A stretch of 42,087 nucleotides of DNA from Nemertoderma westbladi (Eukaryota > Animalia > Xenacoelomorpha): assembly GCA_032718475.1 (NCBI GenBank), contig JAUCBJ010003413.1, positions 1 through 42,087 on the forward strand. Reading direction: 5' to 3'. Position numbers and translations under genes: made by a program. Below the pieces are notes generated by a model, which worked only from the letters and a program-made list of their open reading frames with translations, was not told the DNA's origin and searched no databases. This document shows, one piece after another, positions 34,351 through 42,087 of the stretch (its first letter is position 1; every line of letters begins with the position of its first letter).

Positions 34351-36803
34351 CCAGTACTTCCTCTCTACTCTGTGGGGTTCGCTATAGACCTGGTTTACCA
34401 GTACTTCCTCTCTACTCTGTGGGGTTCGCTATAGACCTGGTTTACCAGTACTTCCTCTCTACTCTGTGGGGTTCGCTATAGACCTGGTTTACCAGTACTT
34501 CCTCTCTACTCTGTGGGGTTCGCTATAGACCTGGTTTACCAGTACTTCCTTTTCTCCTCGGTGGGGTTCGCTATAGACCTGGTTTACCAGTACTTACTCT
34601 CTACTCTGTGGGGTTCGCTATAGACCTGGTTTACCAGTACTTCCTTTTCTCCTCGGTGGGGTTCGCTATAGACCTGGTTTACCAGTACTTCCTCTCTACT
34701 CGGTGGGGTTCGCTATAAACCTGGTTTACCAGTACTTCCTCTCTACTCTGTGGGGTTCGCTATAGACCTGGTTTACCAGTACTTCCTCTCTACTCTGTGG
34801 GGTTCGCTATAGACCTGGTTTACCAGTACTTCCTCTCTACTCTGTGGGGCTCGCTATAGACCTGGTTTACCAGTACTTACTCTCTACTCTGTGGGGTACG
34901 CTATAGACCTGGTTTACCAGTACTTCCTCTCTACTCTGTGGGGTTTGCTATAGACCTGGTTTACCAGTACTTCCTCTCTACTCTGTGGGGTTCGCTATAG
35001 ACCTGGTTTACCAGTACTTCATCTCTACTCTGTGGGGTTCGCTATAGACCTGGTTTACCAGTACTTACTCTCTACTCTGTGGGATTCGCTATAGACCTGG
35101 TTTACCAGTACTTCCTCTCTACTCTGTGGGGTTCGCTATAGACCTGGTTTACCAGTACTTCCTCTCTACTCTGTGGGGTTCGCTATAGACCTGGTTTACC
35201 AGTACTTCCTCTATACTCTGTGGGGTTCGCTATAGACCTGGTTTACCAGTACTTCATCTCTACTCGGTGGGGTTCGCTGTAGACCTGGTTTACCAGTACT
35301 TCCTCTCTACTCTGTGGGGTTCGCTATAGACCTGGTTTACCAGTACTTCCTCTCTACTCTGTGGGGTTCGCTATAGACCTGGTTTACCAGTACTTCCTCT
35401 TTACTCTGTGGGGTTCGCTATAGACCTGGTTTACCAGTACTTACTATCTACTCTGTGGGGTTCGCTATAGACCTGGTTTACCAGTACTTCCTCTCTTCTC
35501 TGTGGGGTTCGCTATAAACCTGGTTTACCAGTACTTCCTCTCTACTCTGCGGGGTTCGCTATAGACCTGGTTTACCAGTACTTACTCTCTACTCTGTGGG
35601 GTTCGCTATAGACCTGGTTTACCAGTACTTCCTCTCTACTCCGTGGGGTTCGCTATAGACCTGGTTTACCAGTACTTCCTCTCTACTCTGTGGGGTTCGC
35701 TATTGACCTGGTTTACCAGTACTTCCTCTCTACTCTGTGGGGTTCGCTATAGACCTGGTTTACCAGTACTTCCTCTCTACTCTGTGGGGTTCGCTATAGA
35801 CCTGGTTTACCAGTACTTCCTCTCTACTCTGTGGGGTTCGCTATAGACCTGGTTTACCAGTACTTCCTCTCTACTCTGTGGGGTTCGCTATAGACCTGGT
35901 TTACCAGTACTTCCTTTCTATTCGGTGGGGTTCGCTATAGACCTGGTTTACCAGTACTTCCTCTCTACTCTGTGGGGTTCGCTATAGACCTGGTTTACCA
36001 GTACTTCATCTCCACTCTGTGGGGTTCGCTATAGACCTGGTTTACCAGTACTTCCTCTCTACTCTGTGGGGTTCGCTATAGACCTGGTTTACCAGTACTT
36101 CATCTCCACTCTGTGGGGTTCGCTATAGACCTGGTTTACCAGTACTTCCTCACTACTCTGTGGGGTTCGCTATAGACCTGGTTTACCAGTACTTCATCTC
36201 CACTCTGTGGGGTTCGCTATAGACCTGGTTTACCAGTACTTCCTCTCCACTCTGTGGGGTTCGCTATAGACCTGGTTTACCAGTACTTCATCTCCACTCT
36301 GTGGGGTTCGCTATAGACCTGGTTTACCAGTACTTCCTCTCCACTCTGTGGGGTTCGCTATAGACCTGGTTTACCAGTACTTCCTCTCTACTCTGTGGGG
36401 TTCGCTATATACCTGGTTTACCAGTACTTCCTCTCTACTCTGCGGGGTTCGCTATAGACCTGGTTTACCAGTACTTCCTCTCTACTCTGTGGGGTTCGCT
36501 ATAGACCTGGTTTACCAGTACTTCCTTTCTACTCGGTGGGGTTCGCTATAGACCTGGTTTACCAGTACTTACTCTCTACTCTGTGGGGTTTGCTATAGAC
36601 CTGGTTTACCAGTACTTCCTCTCTACTCTGTGGGGTTCGCTATAGACCTGGTTTACCAGTACTTCCTCTCTACTCTGTGGGGTTCGCTATAGACCTGGTT
36701 TACCAGTACTTCCTCTCTACTCTGTGGGGTTCGCTATAGACCTGGTTTACCAGTAGGCCTACTTCCTCTCTACTCTGTGGGGTTCGCTATAGACCTGGTT
36801 TAC
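34351..36803. repeat. Satellite C: 47-bp monomer CCAGTACTTCCTCTCTACTCTGTGGGGTTCGCTATAGACCTGGTTTA, about 52 highly homogeneous copies
   Basis: Period of 47 bp measured (34351 to 34398); few substitutions; one unit has a 6-bp insertion at 36756-36761. Confidence 0.98.
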
Positions 36804-37960
36804 ATACGTATTTGGCGTACGTATTACGTATTACGTACGTATTTGGCAACCTTTTGGAAATGTTTAAAATACACCATAGTACTGGATTTGATACTAGCTA
36901 GGACATATATATATATTCTGAAAGGTAATTGGACGGGCTTTCCATTTCCGTGGTCACCAACCTAAAATACTTCTGATTGGCTAATAGCCAAATACACGAA
37001 ATTTTGATTGGTCCGTTCTTAAAATGTATCTCCTCCTACAATTTCGAGTATTTTGGCCTGAAAATTTGAGAGTAGACGGCACTGGCTACCGCTTTATAGA
37101 ATATTTAGAGGAACTTTTGAATTTCGTTTTCAAAATGATTTTATTGCACTTTTTGTGACACGAAGTCATGATCATTTTTATAGACCACACAGGCTTTAAT
37201 CTAACTTTACTCGAGAACTGGATCGAAATTCAAAAATCCATCTAAGGAAACTGTTCAGGTGAGGCAGGGCTTTCAAACAAAAAAATTAGCCAAATCGGAT
37301 AAAGATTAAAGGAGGAGATACGTTTTTAGTGACTAAAAGTGAACAAAAAATGAAATAGGAGTAAATGACAAAAATAAATTATCCTTTTTTGAACCTTCCC
37401 GCGCAAACTGTCTGTGAATATGAAAGAATGTCAGTTTAATAATCTCCGGCAGTAAGGATGATAAACTGAATAAAAATTTTGTTATGAGGTTTTCGGGGTC
37501 GGAGATTTTATTTCCGATGTCAATTTTTATGTTTGGTGGAATGTAGGATGTATGTCTGTTTGTCTGCTAGTTGTCAGTCCAATTATAATAAATCACATCA
37601 CGTACGGGTGGTTTCATTTCCAATGTTATTTTTTGAGTAACCCCACCGGAAGTAAAATCGGCGTAATTAAACAATTCTATGGGATTTTGAAATATTTGAT
37701 ATAGAACGAAAAGTGCAAGTAGTGAAAAAAGCATTCAAGGCTTGGTCAGATTTTTTTAATAGTTTTACCATCGTATTCAACGACCTAAAAAATCCCACCG
37801 GAAGTAAAATCGGCGTAATTAGACAAATCTATGGGATTTTGAAATTTTGTTAGGGTACGAAAAGTGCAAGTAGTGAAAAAAGCCCAAAATATCGAAAACG
37901 AAAAGTGATATTGGGAAGCCGAGTAAAGATCATTTGCAACTCCCTAAAATTTCGGTCTTA
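36804..37960. mobile_element. Composite repeat continuing from satellite C: ACGT-type microsatellite, foldback segment and a 152-bp-period direct repeat; Helentron/DINE-like
   Basis: TACGTATT repeats at 36805-36845; AAAATGTATCTCCTCCT (37021) inverted to AGGAGGAGATACGTTTT (37310); an approximately 90-bp block CCCACCGGAAGTAAAATCGGCG.. at 37642 and 37794. Family call and right boundary are inferred. Confidence 0.5.
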
Positions 37961-39039
37961 ATGAAACAATAAAAAAAAAGATTTTTTTTCAAAAAAATCG
38001 ACTACCCCCCCCCCCCCCCCCCCCCCCCCCTTAATGTTTAGTAGGCCTAATGTTACAATTTTGGGATAAAGTTAAGTAGGCCTACTATTTGATTATTTAT
38101 CCACCAGGAGCCACCAGTAATCAGTTAAATACAATCGTCAATATTCATAACAGCGCCCTCTGAATACCACTGCACTGTGTTTGCGCTGACACAAACACAC
38201 TGGGCGTCATTAGGTATAATTATTTTTTTATTTATACTTGATTGTGCCATGAAGTCCAAAATGAATATTTATAGTGATATACCAGTTAGACAAGTTGCCA
38301 CTGCCCAGTTTACATTCCATCGGTACTTATATTAAATTAAATTTTACTTTTGTATCATTGTAATTACAATTTTTACTTAATTAAATATCAGGTTCTTTGT
38401 TTTTAATATTTTCATATGAAGTGCACAGTATTTTTTATTATTTTTTATTTGTTTTTTTTTATATTATTGCACACATCGAAGTTTTTACTGTATCGTTCTT
38501 AATAGAAAAATTTTAATCATAACGTGCCAACTAATTTTTTTTTAATGTTTATTTTTATTGCAATATGTAAAATTATCAACATTGTGATTTTTACTTACAA
38601 TCTACGTCGTATAATTTTGAACCCCACTATCTGATTATTGTTTATTTATGTTTGTAATATGTTTGTACCTATAATGTATGTAACTTACCTGCAGTACTTC
38701 ATAAAAGAAATATACGCATATGCGTAGAATCCTTATAGATTTGCCAGTTCATTGTGTTTTATAAGAATTTATGTGCTGTATGTATTAATTTTTATTTGCA
38801 TTTGGCGCATTAAACTAAACTAAACTATTGCTTTCTTACAATATTGCTTCTGACCCATACACAAACATTTGGAAAAGGCCTAACAGTTCGCTGATGGCTC
38901 TCACAATTCTTTCTGACTCGCCCCACATTTTTATTGTGGTTGTTACTTGGGTTTGCAATTTGACACAATTCAGCCACCATACATCTATTCAACAGAAACA
39001 CACAGTATGTCACATCTACTGTATAGGGCCTACTAATTA

Positions 39040-39365
39040 CTCTGGAGTCCCGAATTACGGGGTGGGTGGAAAAATTACATTATGCTAATAGTCGGGGTGG
39101 CTGGAATAAACGTGGTGGGTGGAAAATTTTGAAAAACTTACTTAACATACAGTATAGGCGTACATGTACAGTAGTACCTACAGCTACCGGTGGTATACTC
39201 GGTACACGGTTTTGTTTTCTTTCACTTTCAACTCTCAATTATTATGAGAACAAACGTTATTATTAAAAAATTAATAGTCGGGATGTCTGGAATAAGAGAA
39301 TTATGGGTGGATTTTTTTTCAAAAAATATAGCCGTGTCGCCCCGCGTCTATTCGGGACTCCTGAG
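39040..39365. mobile_element. TA-flanked MITE (Tc1/mariner/pogo-like)
   Basis: TIR CTCTGGAGTCCCGAAT versus reverse complement CTCAGGAGTCCCGAAT; TA on both sides; internal duplicated TAATAGTCGGG.TG.CTGGAATAA. Confidence 0.85.
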
Positions 39366-39699
39366 TATACAACTAATTATATAAACGTGATCTATACGCC
39401 CGCTACGGCTGCACTGTCCTATATAATATGGGCTTGCTAAATAATTCAAATATATACCGCGGGATGGCGCATATGATCTATGGATTAATTGACAAAATCT
39501 TCATACATTTCACACAATATTTATTGATGACACCGAAGACATTTCGCTTATCTTAAGGTCCGTTCACATCCAATGGAACGGTAGACCGCGCGGTGTACCG
39601 CAGGGCCAGCGGTTCACCGCTGACTGTGAACGACCCAACAGGTAGTCGTGCGCTAAACCGCGCGGTTTACCGCAGCCCCTTTAAACAATGTTAAAACAA

Positions 39700-40752
39700 C
39701 TAGAAAGCCAGCAAGCTGGCTGGAAGGAGCCCGGGGGAAAAATCCTAGCCAAGACTATTACAAAGAACTATGTCAGTCAGCAGTAAGTAAACTAAAATTG
39801 TCTAAACTGCAAGGCGTTAGGGTAGCTGACTTTGTGGCTCGCCCCCACATAATAAAAAATGCAACTTAGCTACCACTAACAAAAATATAATATGAAGCAA
39901 ATAATTTCATTATCAAGCACGTTTACAAGATATAAGATACGGTTACCAAATATTTATAAAAAATTCCCATGATGCACAACCAGATAAATAACAACGAATA
40001 GAGCCAAATAACAAATTTAGTTTCCTTCTATAGGTATTAGCCCGTCGTCAAGCGGAATATCTCTTCCCAGTGAATCCCATGTGAATATGTAATATAGGTA
40101 TTCCTGCTAAGTTAGGCAGTAGGCCAGAGCGGGCTCCTTAAATACATGCAACTACTGTATTATAGTGTAGATCAACTATAAAACATAGGCAAACCATAGT
40201 GAGTAACAACTACAATAGGACACAACACACTGCTTTGTGTAACTAAAATTCATTCTCCTGATCCACCCCTTAACATAGCAGAGTGAGTAACCTTATTGTA
40301 GATATACCCTTAGGAAGCACTGGGAGAGCAATCAGCTTATGGCGTAATACATTAGAAACCAACAGCTTATGTGTGAGTAAACATTGCCTTTCCTTATAGC
40401 CTACTAGTAAAACTTGGCAACCAACACGTTTTACTATGACTGTATAACATATTAAGCCATATTTCATCATGAACACCAGCTGTTATTTTACCATTGCTTT
40501 TAATTTCGCGACAAAATAATGTCAAAAAACTAAATATATCGAATACCACACATATAATCGATCTGAAATTTTGTAACGCGATTATGAACCACCAAAGCAA
40601 TGTACTTGCAAAATTTCATCAAAATCGCCAGTCGGGAAGTGCCTGAACCTGGATAATTATCAGTCAGTCAGTGTTATATATCCTGAGATTTTTACAGAAA
40701 GTATCCCTGAGATTCTTACAGTAAGTATCCCGCTGTCAAGCGGGCTCCTAAT
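39700..40752 (-). mobile_element. Helentron/DINE-like element nested in the Harbinger-like element
   Basis: On the minus strand it starts TTAGGAGCCCGCTTGACAGCGGG (hairpin), has a TGAC microsatellite and TGAAATTTTGCA core, and ends with hairpin AGCCAGC-TT-GCTGGCT then TTCTAG followed by TT. It may itself be composite. Confidence 0.6.
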
Positions 40753-40884
40753 TAATGTAATTTCCTGTTGAATTCACAGTCCACAGATAGACAATGGAAT
40801 CAGTTACCGCAACGGTACCGTTGGGTGTGAACGGGCTCCGGGTAGTGTACCGCTGGCTTACCGCTTCAATACCGCCAGACTACT

Positions 40885-41135
40885 ACTACTAGGATCGGCA
40901 TGCTGCATTGCTGCTGCATTTTTAAGAATGCTGTGCCGGCTTATCCATATCCACAAAATTGCACCGCCACAACTCCCTATCACCCATGACATTTGCTAGA
41001 TCATCCGCATCTTCAAGGCCAGTGTCCTTTAAGATGCGTCTCAAGAAAGTCATGGGCTGTCCACCATGCTTATTCACTCCATGAGGCTGCCAAAGTACAA
41101 GATTATGCACTGGCTGGTCCTCACGGCGAAAGACT
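40885..41135 (-). mobile_element. 5'-truncated RTE-type LINE (RT C-terminus, short 3' UTR, AGT-repeat tail) with a TSD
   Basis: The minus frame reads FRREDQPVHNLVLWQPHGVNKHGGQPMTFLRRILKDTGL..VMGDRELWR, resembling the RTE/RTE-X C-terminal motif; (AGT)n tail; CAGACTACT duplicated at 40876-40884 and 41136-41144. Confidence 0.85.
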
Positions 41136-42087
41136 CAGACTACTTTACCGCTCACGCACCGTTTGATTTGAACGGGGCTTTAAGGGGGGTACGATACGCC
41201 TATACACCTAAGCCTACACATTCATGTACCGTAAGCCAATAGGCCTATACATGATTCTCAATTAAATTATTGTTTTGGTCCCTATAAACCCGCTTATGTA
41301 AGTAACCTCTGCTTCTTTACTAACCTGCCTACATATTCAGTGTTACATAGTGAGTACTGAGTGGGGAACCACTTGGGGTCTTATTACTTTGTTGTACTTT
41401 TACAAACGTTTTAGGTTTCAATGGCGAGATATTCTAACCAAAACAATAAACAAAAGCTACAGTTTTATATTTGGGAGTAATCAACTGTGAACCACAACAC
41501 CATAACCCACCCCCAACAAGAGGGCGCAACCAAGGAAATGGGTAACGTACTGTTTGTACTAACTGTATATTATTATTATAATATCAATGTTATACCAGTT
41601 TCCTATAAAATAAATCACAAACTTCATTCACACCAATTTGATAACAAATATCCACGGTATATTACAATGATGGCACATGTTATGGAAATCGCCCCGCCCC
41701 ATATTATATAGCACGAATGAATATAGCATAGCATTGGTCATTATTAGGGGCATAAAATAATTAATTGAAGTAGCAAAAACAATAAACTAAGGATAGCATG
41801 TTATAACAATAATTACGTTAAAATAAAATGTTTTATAACTAATGTTGAGGCTACTACTAGTTAGGCATAAACTTCTGGCACCACAACAACACCATTATTA
41901 AGAGATTGACGTTGGTATTTATTTTATAATTACAAACATATTTTTTCGAAAAGTCGTCATTAACGCTTTCTAAAAGATTAATTTTTGCGATATACTTTGA
42001 GGGATTCTACGGTAACAAATTGCATCTATAAATAAAAATACCAACAGAAATCGATTCCTTATTGTAAACAGGTAACTAAATTAATGT

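Larger units (their letters stand above)
39556..41179. mobile_element. PIF/Harbinger-like non-autonomous element carrying nested insertions
   Basis: Imperfect TIRs AGGTCCGTTCACATCCAATGG / reverse complement AGCCCCGTTCAAATCAAACGG; TTA on both sides (39553-39555, 41180-41182); repeated TACCGC and GTGAACG motifs in all three remaining pieces. Confidence 0.75.

Noticed and set aside
7050-36803. CRISPR-like appearance of the 52-, 33- and 47-bp arrays
   Set aside because: Units are head-to-tail with no unique spacers, there are no cas genes, and the context is eukaryotic; these are satellites.

Overview
Eukaryotic, AT-rich, repeat-dominated genomic DNA, most consistent with an invertebrate animal (inference; the species cannot be identified from sequence alone). 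I see no prokaryotic operons, CRISPR arrays, rRNA or tRNA genes. One host gene is recognisable: an intronless muskelin (MKLN1; discoidin-LisH-CTLH-kelch) at 31925-34243. It is colinear and intact except for one in-frame TAG at the discoidin/LisH boundary, and it carries a 21-bp coding minisatellite. A BEL/Pao LTR retrotransposon (8830-17730) is inserted inside a 52/45-bp satellite. It has a very long 5' non-coding region, a long Gag N-terminal extension, an in-frame TAA between protease and RT, two frameshifts, and no RNase H core or integrase. There are two further satellites (33 bp and 47 bp), several MITEs with TIRs and TSDs (hAT-, Mutator-, Tc1/mariner- and Harbinger-like), Helentron/DINE-like elements and a 5'-truncated RTE-type LINE with a TSD. 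The most interesting signals are: (i) the single amber codon splitting muskelin at a domain boundary; (ii) strong enrichment of TA-GGCC-TA and TA-CCGG-TA words, one of which is visibly a fresh 6-bp insertion in a satellite monomer, suggesting pervasive transposon excision footprints; (iii) the stop codon at the PR/RT junction of the BEL element; (iv) satellites that appear to grow out of transposon ends.
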